Shown here: positions 12,440-23,727 of the stretch, piece after piece | How the letters are laid out: every line of letters begins with the position of its first letter | Numbering within the stretch: position 1 is the stretch's first letter | Source of the DNA: Vicugna vicugna | Lineage: Eukaryota | Assembly (NCBI GenBank): GCA_013265495.1 | Contig: MU058009.1 | Location: 1,056,001-1,120,000 of the forward strand | Length of the DNA stretch: 64,000 bases | Direction of reading: 5' to 3' | The notes under the pieces: model-generated | Seen by the model: the letters and a program-made list of their open reading frames with translations, nothing else | Told to the model about the DNA's origin: nothing | Databases searched by the model: none | Program-made: the position numbers and the translations under genes

Positions 12440-14220
12440 GTGTCTTATGTAAGCCACATGGTAATCACAAAGCAAAAACCTAGAGTAAATAGGCAAAAAT
12501 AAAGGAGAAAAACAGCACGCCGCCATGGGGAATGACCAATTTACAAAGAGAGGCAGAAGCTCAGGGAAAAAGAGACAGTGAAAATACAAAACAGTCAAAA
12601 AGCAATTAGTAAGATGGCACTAGTGTAAGTCCTTACATATTGACACTCACTCTCTAAACTGAGATGGATTGATTCACTCTAAAGGCACAGAGTGGCTAAA
12701 GGGATAAAAACACAAGATTCAACTATATGCTGTGCACAAGAGATACACGTCAGCTTTAAGGATGCACAGAGGTTCAAAGTGAAGGGACAGAAGAAGATAT
12801 TGTGGAAACCCAAAGAAAACAGTCTGCAAGTAAAAAAATGATGACAAGAGACAAAGAAGGTCATTATATAAGGATAAAGAATTAGAGAATTCAAGCTGAT
12901 TTCAAAAGCAAAAACATAAGTGGATCAAGAGATCAAGAAGATATAACACTAGTAAATTAAAAAATATATATATATCCAATGTGGGAGCGCCTACATGAAC
13001 TAAGCAAATACTAAGATACCTGAAGGGAGAAACAGACAACAATACAACATAATGGAACTTCAATACTCAACATTTACAATGGATAGCTCATCAGACAGAA
13101 AGTCCACAGGGAAACATTGGACTTGACCCATACATTAGACCAAAGGAAACTAACAAACATGTATGGAACATTCCATCCAGCAGGAGTAGAATTCACATTC
13201 TTTTCAAGTGCACATGAACCATTCTCCAGAACAAATCATGCATTAGGACCCTGAACAAGTCAACAAATGTAAGGAGACTGAAACTATAGTAATTATCTTT
13301 TCTGATCGCAATGGTATAGATTCATCCCTCTATAGATTCAATATAATCCCTATCAAAACTCCATAGAAATAGAAAAAATATTCTAAAATTCATATGGAAC
13401 CACAAAAAAAAAACCCAAAGAGCCAAAAGAATGATGAAAAAGAAGAACAAAACTGGAGGCATCACACTTCCTGATTTCAAACTACACTACAAAGCTGTAG
13501 TAATGAAAACAGTGTGGTACTGGCATAAACATAGACACATAGCCATTGGAACAGAAGAGAGACCCCCAACATAAACCCATGCATACAGAGTCAAATAATA
13601 CTTGACAAGGGAGTCAAGAACACTCATGGTAAAATGATAATCTCTTCAACAAATGATGCTGGGAAAAGGATGAACACATGCAGAAAAAATAATTTAGACC
13701 CTTTTTTTACATCACTCATAAAAATAAATTAGAGATGGTTTGAAGATGTAAACAGAAGACCTGATGTTTTAAAACTCCTGGAAAAAACATAGGGAAGAAA
13801 CTCCTTGACATGTGTCTTGGCAATGATTTTCTGGATATGATACCAAAGCACAAACAACAAATGAAAACAAAGGGGGGAGGCTACATTAAATAAAAAGCTT
13901 CTGTATGTCAAAAGAAACAATGAGGAACCTATGGGATGGGAAATTATTTGCAAACCACATATTGGTTAAAGAGTTAATATCCAACTTATTTAAAGAACTC
14001 ATGCAACTGAAGAACAATAGCCATCAGATTAAAAATTAGTCAGAGAAAGTAAACAGACATTTTTTTCAAAGAAGAAACTCAAACGGCCAACAGTGACATG
14101 GAAAGATGCTCAACATCACTAATCATCAGAGGAATTCAAATCAAAACCACAGTGAGATGTCACCTCAAACCTGTTGGACATGGCTATCATCAGGGAGGCA
14201 AGAGATAACGGAGTTGAGAA
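12440..14220 (+). mobile_element. L1 inter-ORF plus ORF2 (endonuclease fused to C-terminal part, RT deleted)
   Basis: ATG at 12614 is followed by EN-like HRVA..IKTQDSTICCAQEIH and FSDRNG at about 13300, then a jump to YRFNIIPIK at 13331 and on to the C-terminal region. Confidence 0.9.
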
Positions 14221-14712
14221 GGATGTTCATCCCATACCCTCTGCTCATTACTCTGCCTGGAAATTTTTGTTGGTTTACTGTATTGGATTTGAAGGGTGCC
14301 TTTTCTTGCATAGCACTGAGTTTCAAATATCAAAAATCGTTTGCTTTCAACTGGGAAGAGCTTGGTACAATCATGAAACAGTGATCCTGGGCAGCACTTC
14401 TTCAGGGATTCAGATGCCCCCCCACAATATTTAGAGAAATCCTGGCAATAGATTTGAGGGAACTTCAACTCAACAAGGGAGCCCTGCTCCAGGATACGGA
14501 TGATGTTCTGATTGTTAGTAAAACAAAGGCCACCTCAGACCAGCATACAGTTTCGGCTTTGAACTCTTGGTTGAATAAGGCTATAAGGTGTTCAAGAGGA
14601 AAAAAAAAAAAAAAAAAAAAAAAACACCCAGCATTCTCAGCTCTGTTAAACACTTGGGTTTTGAACTCTCACAAGGACAGAGACCTGCTGGCTCCCTGAC
14701 AGAAGGGAAGCT
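14221..14712 (+). mobile_element. ERV1 (gammaretrovirus-like) pol reverse-transcriptase fragment, disabled
   Basis: Translates to PYPLLITLP..WFTVLDLKGAFSCIAL..FAFNWE..LLQGF..PTIFREILAIDL..LLQDTDDVLI (YVDD equivalent at 14493-14504)..GYKV..VKHLGFELSQGQR, with stops and frameshifts. Confidence 0.92.
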
Positions 14713-14724
14713 CAAGCCAAGGTT

Positions 14725-15215
14725 GGTAACTTGGCTGCGGCGAACCTGGCCCTGGTTGGTGCTACACCCAGGTCTCCAAGGTTCACATCAATGGTGTAAG
14801 TCATGTTCGTAGTATGGACCTTCATTAGATGTGATGGGAATGGTACTTTATTTCAGCAGTATTCTTCCCTAAAATTCATAAACAGTCAAATCATGAGAAA
14901 ATCATCAGAAAAAATCCTCTCTGAGGGATATTCTATAAAATATCTGCCTAATACTCCTCAAAACTCTCAAGAGCCTTATCAACAACAAAGGTGGGGGAAC
15001 CGTCACAGCCAAGAGGAGTTTATAGAGACCTGATGACTAATTGAAACGTAATATCCTAGAACAGAAGAGGCATTCAGTAAAAACTAAGGAAATCAGAATA
15101 AAGTATGAACTTCAGTAATAATGTACTGATATCGGCTCATTAATTGTGACAAATGTACCATACAAACATTAAATGTTAATAATTGAGGAAATTAATGGTT
15201 AGGAATGTGAAAACT
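14725..15215 (+). mobile_element. L1MC-like 3' UTR, second half (continuation of 9220-10914)
   Basis: caaggttcacatcaatggtgtaagtcatgttcgtagtatg...aaatcatgagaaaatcatcaga...ggctcattaattgtgacaaatgtaccatac is the distal L1MC 3' UTR. Confidence 0.8.
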
Positions 15216-15229
15216 CTTGATTTTTCTCC

Positions 15230-17290
15230 TACTGAAACAGTATTCCATCTTTCCCCATTGCTTTGAAATATGGCCTTTATAATTCTCTAGATCCCCTGTG
15301 TTCTTGTGTGGATCTGCTCTTCCCCATTGTTCTATTTTTGTCTCAGTGACAACTGTTTATTTGTTACAGTTTAGCAATAATTTTAACGTCTAGTAAAGTG
15401 AGCTCCTTCTTATTCTTGTTTTGAAGAAATTCTTTGGCTATTCTTGTTTCTTTTTCTATTTAATTTTAATCAACCTTAATTTCACAAACATACGACCCAT
15501 CAGAATTTTAATGGATTCCATTAAAATTATGTAACTTAGAAAGAATTAAATTCTTCTGAATATTGATTCTTCTTATGCAGGAAGAGGGCATATATTTCTA
15601 CTTATACAAGCCTTGGATTATTACCTTCAGTAGCGTTTCAGTTTTAATCATAGAGTTTCTGCAAACTTCTAGCTATATTGCTGAGTATTTTAGTATCTTT
15701 TCTGACTTTGTTCCTGGCATCTCATCTTTGCATTTATATCCTAAGTAATTTTTATTTGAACTCAAGACAGCTGTTTTCCAATCATCTCCTGTAATTTCTT
15801 TAAGATTCTTAGTAACTCTTTTGTTGGCTTTCTTGAGATTTTCATGTTTACAATAATCACACACTCTGCAAATGACCAAAATTTCCCCGCTTTTCTAATT
15901 TTCTCCATAATTTAGACTGGTTGTGGCACAGCTGTGGATTCAGGATCTCCTGTCCCCATCACCCTGAGGGGGTCACTTCTTGATCTAGTCTTTTTTCTTT
16001 ACCTGATTTACTCCCTAGTTTTAACTGCACACACACACACTCCAGTAACTTTTTCTGGTAAAGGGGGTTTGGGATATTTTCCAATATTTTTCATGTTTAA
16101 CATATCTTTACTTCCCTTCCACTGATGTTTGAGTTGGGATAGAATTTCCTTTTGGATTTTGAAGACATTTCTCCATTGTTCTTCATTTTCATTGTCACTA
16201 TTGAAAAGTTCATTGCCTTGTGTATTTTTTTTCATTTTTTTGTGTATAATGACCTTTTTACTCTTTCTGGGAAGCTTTAATATTTTAATTTTTCCCCTTT
16301 TCATTACTTTCTGGATGGTGTGGCTTGGAGCAGAACATATTAAAACCTAAAGTGCTGAGTTAAATGATTCAGTGGGTCATTTCAAACCACTATTCATATT
16401 CTTTAATTCTTAATTTTCTCCATATGCATCTGTAAATTTCCTCCCCACTGTTTTGTTTGCTGTTTTGCAAACGCCTTTAAATGATACACCTGACTTACTT
16501 CATTGGTTTCTGATTTCCATGTCCCTTCTCATTTACTTTCTTTTGCCTCTTTGTTTGCCGTCTTTTGATATGACCTCACAGTTACCATCCAATCCTTCTA
16601 CTAAACATTTTATTCTTGCGATCATTTTTAAAAATTTATTTTCTGTGTTTCTTTTTTCATAGCATCCTCTTCTTTCTTCATAGTGGCCAATTTATGGCCA
16701 CTATGAAGAACTAAGTTGTTTTCTGTGATTTTATTTTTCCCCCTTTGGCTATAAATAGTGTGTCCATGTCTTCAAAGTTTTTTCCTCTGTTCTTTTGGTT
16801 TGTTTTTCCTGTTAGATGTTTCCTGAAATATGCATTAACCACAGGTTATATTTAAGAGGAAGCCCTTAAAGTTAATTGGAAAACGCCTACTGGTACAGCT
16901 GAAGCTGAGTGTAAGGATGGTCCTGGCGATCATCATGCAGGACTGAAAAGAAAGGGACACACCGAGTGGCAGGTTGAAAGGAGAGTCTCACAACTTGTTA
17001 TGTAGATGTTCGCTTAATCCTTTTATCTCTGCTAAGGGGCCTGCTTCCTCTGCTGTGTCTGTTGTCAGAGAGATATCTTGTCCAGTCTTCCTGAGGATGG
17101 ATCCCTGGTCTGCTGCCAAGGGGGGAGTGGTTCCTGGCAGCTGAGAAAATGGAGTTTACTTCTTTTTGTCTAAAGGCTTAAAACAAATCCTTCTTTAGTT
17201 AGCCCTATACTTTATTCCCATTTTTAAAGGTGCCTCCTGCCTTCAGTCCCTGAGACTTTCTGCTGCTCTGCAGGGTGAGTTCCGCGTGTA
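15230..17290 (-). mobile_element. Old L1ME-like element (ORF2 pieces, ORF1, 5' end)
   Basis: T-rich, with reverse L1 ORF1 phrases (ttgaagacatttctccattgttctt...tattgaaaagttc) and a 5'-end-like aggtgcctcctgccttcagtccctgag. Confidence 0.7.
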
Positions 17291-17365
17291 CCTCAATATG
17301 CTTAGCTTAAGAAGGGACACACAGGACAAACTGAGTATCTATTTGTATAGAGTCTGAAAGAGAAT

Positions 17366-18493
17366 CCTCTAAAAAAAAAGCCTAAAGAAATACAGAGCTA
17401 AGCACAAAGAACTTGACATGGGAATCCCAAACCCACAGGTTGGAGAGCAGGGGTTTTTATAACCAAGAGTGGCTGCTACTTAAACCCACCAGTAGCTCAT
17501 TACGCTAAGCACGTGTCTAAGTGTTAGGACGAAAGATGTAAAAACCTTGAAGATCTGTTTCTGTGATTTCTGTAACCCAGTGAGGCCAAAACAGCAGTTG
17601 TTTAGGACCTTTTTTAAAGTGCACCACAAACGGGAAAGAACATTGTGCACACCTGGACATAAAGTCCAACTCGAAATTTGAGTGGCCTAGAATCTCCAGG
17701 AGGCTGTTACGTTTCAGGAGCGGGGATGGAGAAGGTGTGGAGACCAGAGGACATCCGGGACAATTGGAGGAGGTTCAGCTGCATCTGGCAGCAGCCACGC
17801 CTCGTGGGAACTGCCACGGCCAGCGGGGCAGAGGTGAGCACCAGTGGGCACAGCTGCTTCTGACATAAGAGCCCAGGGAAACTGCAGGCCAGGGCAGAAG
17901 CGATACCTGGCAAAGTGGTATGAGTGCCGCGGAAGTAGGTTTTTACCTAAACGGATGTGCTCAGTGACCTATCTTCTTCTAGAGATATTTGCCAGAGACA
18001 TAGCCAATTAGGGAAGGCCATGGAGAATTTGTGCTACATGATACCGCTTGAGGTATGTGGACTGCAAAGTAGACTATGTGCCTACAACCTCAGCCGCAAT
18101 CCAGGTGGTGACAAGCCCCAGGATTTTAAGGAGGGGCTTTCGCATCTGAATGCGGCGCCTTAAGCTGTTGCCAGGTTTCCTGGCTGCAAAGAAACGCCCT
18201 ACTCATGTCTGCCCCACTTGGTGAACAAGAATCCTCTGAGTGCATGTGTTTGTCTTCAAAATAAAATGTTTAGTGCGCTTGTAAGAGGAGGCCAGAGAGC
18301 TCGCTAGCTCTCCTTCTGCCATGAGAAGACACAGCAGGAAGTCAGCTGTCTGCACCTGGAAGAGGGTCCTCTCCGCACCCAAACATGCTGGCACCCTGAC
18401 CTCAGACTTCCGAGCTCCAGAACTGTAAGAAATAAATTTCTGTTGTTTATAAGCAAAAAAAAAAAAAAAATTTTTTTTGCTACCATTAAAAAG
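17366..18493 (+). pseudogene. Candidate decayed processed pseudogene of unidentified parent, interrupted by an MLT1 fragment
   Basis: GC/CpG-richer non-repeat-looking core at about 17690-18230; a long basic frame broken by TGA/TAG; AATAAA at 18260-18265; short A-run at 18488-18492; 10-bp direct repeat gaaagagaat at 17356-17365 and 18494-18503. Confidence 0.45.
18270..18470 (+). mobile_element. MLT1A/B-like MaLR LTR fragment lacking U5 and ending in poly(A)
   Basis: gccatgagaagacacagcaggaag...ggcaccctgacctcagacttccgagctccagaactgtaagaaataaatttctgttgtttataagc followed by A16 (18455-18470). Confidence 0.88.
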
Positions 18494-19590
18494 GAAAGAG
18501 AATTTCCTCCTATAACCAATTTGCAGGAACCAGCCGAGTTTGGCAGGTCAGATTCAGCATCCAGCAAGACTGAACTGACTGCTCGGTTGGTGTGCCAGTG
18601 CTGCAGGGCAGCCCCTGCGCGGGTCCCCGGCCGCTGCCTGCACTCTTCCAAGCCCAGCTTCCAAGTCTCAGATCTGTTCGCTTCAGGGCACCAAAGCTAT
18701 TGGATTGCAGTCCTGACAGGTGTCGGAAGTTGGGGAGCATCGGGTATGCACAAGGTGCAGGTAAATTATGTAGGCCTGCAGATATAATGGGGCGTGTTAA
18801 ATAGGAGAGAAATAATGATCAGAGGGAAAAGATAAGAATGCAACAATCACTCACAAACTTTGATGGCAAAGTAGAAACTCTGCAGTGTCCTGGGGAGAAG
18901 AACCACTAGGGTGACGTGTGGGGGCGAACGTCATGTAACCCTTGCTATTCAAACTGGCGCGCAGACACTTACCTCACACGAAAGGCTGAGCCGTTAGCTG
19001 CTGTGGTCCCTGTGCTGTGCGGGTGCCTTTTCCTCTGCACTAATGATACCACTTTCCACAACGGCAACAGATGCTCATAATTTAACCCATGACCAGTTCA
19101 GATAAAATCATGGAGGCCAAGGATATTCAGAAGCAGCACCAGATACCCTACCTCTCAGAGCTCTTAAATGTGTGCAGACAAAATTAACTGTTAGAGATTA
19201 TCAACATGTCAGGACGGGCTTTCTTAATGCACATTATGACTGCAGAAATATCAGGTGTGTAAAGTAAAACTCGGGACCCCACCAGTTTGAGTGCCCTAAA
19301 ATGATCTTTAATTACTTCCAAATATTTAAAAATCAGTATCATGTTCATGAAATATCTAGAAAATCTCCAGAACAGTTGGAAAAAGTCAGCCCTGCACACA
19401 TGTTCTGACATGAAAATGATATACAAGAGGTAGAAATTACATGGAAATCACATAAAATAATTTATACCATCTATAAACATTGGCTGAAGACGGGTAGGTT
19501 GAGATCCAAGCCCTCAATGATGTTAAAATCTGGAACGCGAAGCTGATTATTCTAAGTACCTTAAGAGAGGTACAGAAATTGGGATGAAGT

Positions 19591-20248
19591 TGAGACAGGA
19601 AGGGGGCAGGGCACAGCCATTCAAGGAACGCTACAGCAATCAGCATCAAAATGGTGAAGATTCAACCTCCAGGAGGCCTTGAGGCTCAAGATGGTGGGAG
19701 ATTTGACTTCTCCCAGACCTTGAGCTTCATTATAAGCTCATTGTAATATATCAACATGGTGACTAACACGCCCACAGGCGCCTTGGCCGTCCCAAGGCTA
19801 GCCACAAAAGGTCAAAGGGTGGGAAATGGCCAACTTCCTGGGAATCCCAGCCCCTTCCCCAGGCTAGTTAGACTGACCCTTCCACTTATTAGCATATGAA
19901 GCCACTGAGCCCATAAGAATTGTCAACACAGTGCCTGGGGGCAGCTGCCTCCCTCTCTCTCCCTCTCTCCCTCTCCCTCTCTCTCTCCCTCTCTTTATCT
20001 CTCTCTCTCTGTCTATGGAGTGTGTACCTACTTTTAATCTGAGCATCCAACCCCCACACCCTGTGGCCTTTCTCTTGCCTTTCGATGTATCTCTCTGAAT
20101 AAACCTACCTTTACTCAAATGTGGCTCGCTCTTGAATTCTTTCCTGCATGAAGCCAAGGACCCACACCTGGTGGGGCATGTCCCAGGGGCTCAACCAAGG
20201 CCTGGGACATGGCCCTCCTCACGTCCCACATCCGTTTTTCCTGCAACA
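19591..20248 (+). mobile_element. ERV1-class solo LTR (MER41-like), 658 bp
   Basis: TG...CA termini, perfect 4-bp TSD AAGT (19587-19590 and 20249-20252), AATAAA near 20100 followed by U5-like ttgaattctttcctgcatgaagccaagga, and an internal CT microsatellite. Confidence 0.92.
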
Positions 20249-21639
20249 AAGTGTCCATACAGGTGATTATCCATCATAGCCCGGCCAACTGACAGCTTCT
20301 TATACAGGGTTCCCCCAGTGTGAGGGTTTCTTAGTGTTGGAAGTGGCTCTGTCTTCCACACCAGCTGGCTTATACTGTCATTATAATTCAGTATGATTGC
20401 TGCATATTTGAGATATTTCATTTTGTCTTTTAATAGCCATGCTGTCATAGGCACATTTGCTCATTGGTCACTCTTTGTACCCTTCCTATATCTTGAGGGT
20501 TTATTTTTTTTCCTTGAATGTCAAGAATTGTTCATCTAAAGAGCTTCTTGCTCACATGATTTTTTTTAATAAGGTTTTCATTTTGAATACTGGTCATTTA
20601 AGGGTCACTCAGGGATTTTGTTCACAACATGGTAGTAACTGTTTTCCAGGAAAAACTACTAGGTCTAGAAAATGAAGCTGTTTTAAGGAAGCCCCCCACA
20701 GGTGATTCTAAAGTGCATGCCTTTTGTTTAACAAGTGGATAATTGGCCCTGCAGAGAGGTGAAGGCATTCATTTAGCATTTCACCACCAGCTCCTGCACA
20801 GGCCAGGACTAGAACACAGGGCCCCCCATTCACAAACTAGTTTTGTTTATCCCAGAATACTTTAAACAAAGACAGCTGGTTATTTCTCCTTCAGAAAGTC
20901 AGAAGGTGGTGAGAATGCACTGGTTCTCTCAGCCTTCGAGCCCTGCTCCTTGGATTTTGACCTCGTTAGAGCTAGTCTCCTAAAATGTACCATTTGTTTG
21001 GTCTCTTAAATCAGAACTTCCCAGGGCTCCATTCCTGGGCTCAGTTTGTGACTCTTCAAATCGTTCATCAGGAATTTTCTGCCGAGAGCCAGCGCCTTGT
21101 ACCCTGCACCAGAGAGCTTCATTTGTGCTGATTGCCCTGAGTTTCACATAAAAGTCATTAAGAATTCTGTTTCAGTGAATAAAAGAATGTAAATGAGCTA
21201 ATTATGAGCTCCACTTACCTTACTAACCCCGTGCATTATATAATCATTAATGCTTTCACATGATCTGTTCCCTGGAAAAACCAGGAAGATGGAAAGCACT
21301 ATTGTTGAGAAAGAAAATAGTGGTGAGGTTTATTCTGTGGTGGCTTTTTGTTTCCCTTTTGGGGGAGTTAGGGAGGGTCTTTTAATGTAAGCTGTGAAAA
21401 AGACAGCTTGGGAAATAGCTGTGCTTTGCAGCTTTAACCCCCACCTACCCTTTGCATAAATTAACTTCAAGTTACACAGATTTCTCATAACAGCGTTTCA
21501 CACTTGGAAAGCAACACTCATCTGAAACACTCTTTAAGATCCATCCATATGATTGTTTTCACTTACTGGGCAAATGCATCTTCCCACATAACATACATTG
21601 GCTGTTGAGTTTTAGCAGGATGATGCTGGCTGCTTAGAA

Positions 21640-22260
21640 GATACCTTGAATAGGGGACGATGCAGGAGCCAAATGTGGCCTTGGCCAAGTTTCCCTTCTT
21701 TCCTACCTGTGGTGAGAACATTGCTTTTGTCATCCCAGTGCTGCTACCTCACGAGCCTACTTTCCACCTCCCCGTGATATGGATGGGTTTATCGAGGTGT
21801 CCCTCCACCCTGGCCACAGGAGTGGGGCTGATCTAATCTCATGCAGTCCTCTCCTCGAATAACATGAGTTGTGCAGGTGGGAGCATGTGACCCCGGCAGT
21901 TCCACTAGAAGAGCGTTTGGATAGATTCGATAATACAGATATGGAAGACAGATGGTCTCTCTTCCTGTTGGATAGCAAGTCATAAAAATGTAGACCTGGG
22001 GCTGCCAGAAACCGTCTTTCCTGACACAGGGAAAGAGCCTGACTGCGAATGACTCCAACGTGCAGAGAGGAGCAGAGCCAAGAGTGAGAGGAGAAAGTCA
22101 GCATCCGGTGATGGCCCCTGCAGCCATGGCTCCAACTGTGCCCAGAGCTCAACAATCCTGAGACATGCTGGACAAGCAGGATGGCGAATTTTTATTTTGG
22201 GGGGAAACCAGTTTTTATGAAGCTTTTAAACATTGCAGCCAAAAGGGTTCTCATCAATAT
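21640..22260 (+). mobile_element. Old MaLR LTR (MLT1K/L-like)
   Basis: ggggctgccag...gagcctgactgcgaatgactccaac...gagaggagcagagcc...ttgcagccaaaagggttctcatcaatata. Confidence 0.7.
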
Positions 22261-23340
22261 AGAAGTTGGCACTTCCACACAAGGCACTGCAAGGGAGATA
22301 GCCTAAAATAGAGACTAGACCAGGTTGAAATGAGGTGACGTTCAGTGGAAAAGAGAGAATCTTTGTCATGTAGGAGTGTGGCAATTGGTTAAACTTCTCA
22401 CGATTTTATCTAAATTATACTGAGTACCGCTCGAGCTGGATCACTGAGATATTTGGTATAAAAAAAAATGTTGAGTCTGTTACCTTTGGTAAGGTGCAAA
22501 CAAGTAAAAAGATGTTTTTTGGTCTTAATCAGCCTGTTTGAAAAGGAGTAGTATGTATCATAGTGGCCCTTTCTTTTTACAGCTAATGGCACATTACTAT
22601 GAAAGGTCAGATGATTACTGGCAAGCAACAGATTCTCTGTAGTGCGCAGCAGCTGACTTGAGCAAAGGTAAGAAGATGGAAAACACACAGGAGACAAGAT
22701 TTAGAACCAGAAGTTAAAGAAATGGGAGAGGTCAAATATGCAGGACCCTCCCCAAGCTACCTGTGTGCACAAGCTTACTGTCTGGTAGATAACGTTCCTT
22801 TGGAAAGCGTTCTCCGCTGAGATCCAATCTGGCAGCAGAGAACAAGTGAACGCAGCCTTAAACACACAGGTGACACCAAGATGGAAACCATTAGTGGAAG
22901 GTTTAGACAGAGGCCAACGCCAAAATGGAAACTTCCAGGGTAACTACTTCACCCCCAGAAATCTGGTGAAGTATTTGTCCTTGCAGTTTTCCAGCCGGTG
23001 CATCGTTAGGTTTCTTCCCAAGTCTGGTAAACAAGGATGTGTGACTAGAATCTGAAAAACCATGAATCACCACCTCACCCCCAGGTATTGTTATGAAAAC
23101 GACTAAACCCTGGGGAGCCTCTTCAAGTGCAAAACTGGAGTCAGCCGGACTAAGGAGCTGACACTCTAGGTGGTACGGAGAGACACCCATTCCAGGCCCT
23201 GTTTTCTTGGTTTTGTTCCAGTATTCCTGCTTCCTCTGTGCAGCATGTAATTCAGAGGAGGGTGAACCAGCGTCCAGCTCTCGCAGTCTGAACCGACCAT
23301 AGCAATTCACAGCACTGAACGTGGTTCATTTAGGTATAAG
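22261..23340 (+). mobile_element. Possible MLT1 internal region
   Basis: Starts gaagttggcact immediately after the LTR end (MLT-int starts gaaattggtacc) and lies between two same-strand MLT1-like LTRs. Confidence 0.4.
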
Positions 23341-23344
23341 CATG

Positions 23345-23727
23345 TGACGAATTCTTGAAACTGACTTTTAAAGTTCTTTGAGGGGAGTGGGATTTGTGCT
23401 GGGGAAATTCTAGAAAAAATGTCATTTTTTTTATTAAAAATGAGACGTGAAAAGAGATGGCTCCCCTGTACTTTCAGACAGACAAAATCTCAACATATGC
23501 CTACCTAAGTATGACACCTGGGGTTGCAGGAACTGTCTTCCTTCAAAGATGAAGATGACGCCATCACACTGAGAAAGACAAAGCCAAGGCAAGGGCATCT
23601 GGACCCCCGAGGTACTATGACCATCTACAGATTTCTTGTCTTCTTAGATAATAGAATCCCTTATTGTTTAAGCCAATTTCAATCAGAGCTTTCTTTTACT
23701 TATTGCTGAAATCTTCCTAACTGATAA
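23345..23727 (+). mobile_element. Old MaLR LTR (MLT1J-like)
   Basis: 3' end cccttattgtttaagccaatttcaatcagagctttcttttacttattgctgaaatcttcctaactgata. Confidence 0.65.

Noticed and set aside
14106..14384. Open frame crossing the L1-ERV junction as a functional chimeric RT
   Set aside because: Only 92 aa, the L1 portion is out of its native frame, it stops before the catalytic motif, and that motif is mutated.
17900..18223. Resemblance of the repaired peptide to RPL18A or a homeodomain
   Set aside because: Only scattered residues match and invariant positions such as homeodomain WFxN are missing, so no gene symbol was assigned.
19864..20157. ORF with an RE-rich repeat
   Set aside because: It is the translation of the CT microsatellite inside the solo LTR.
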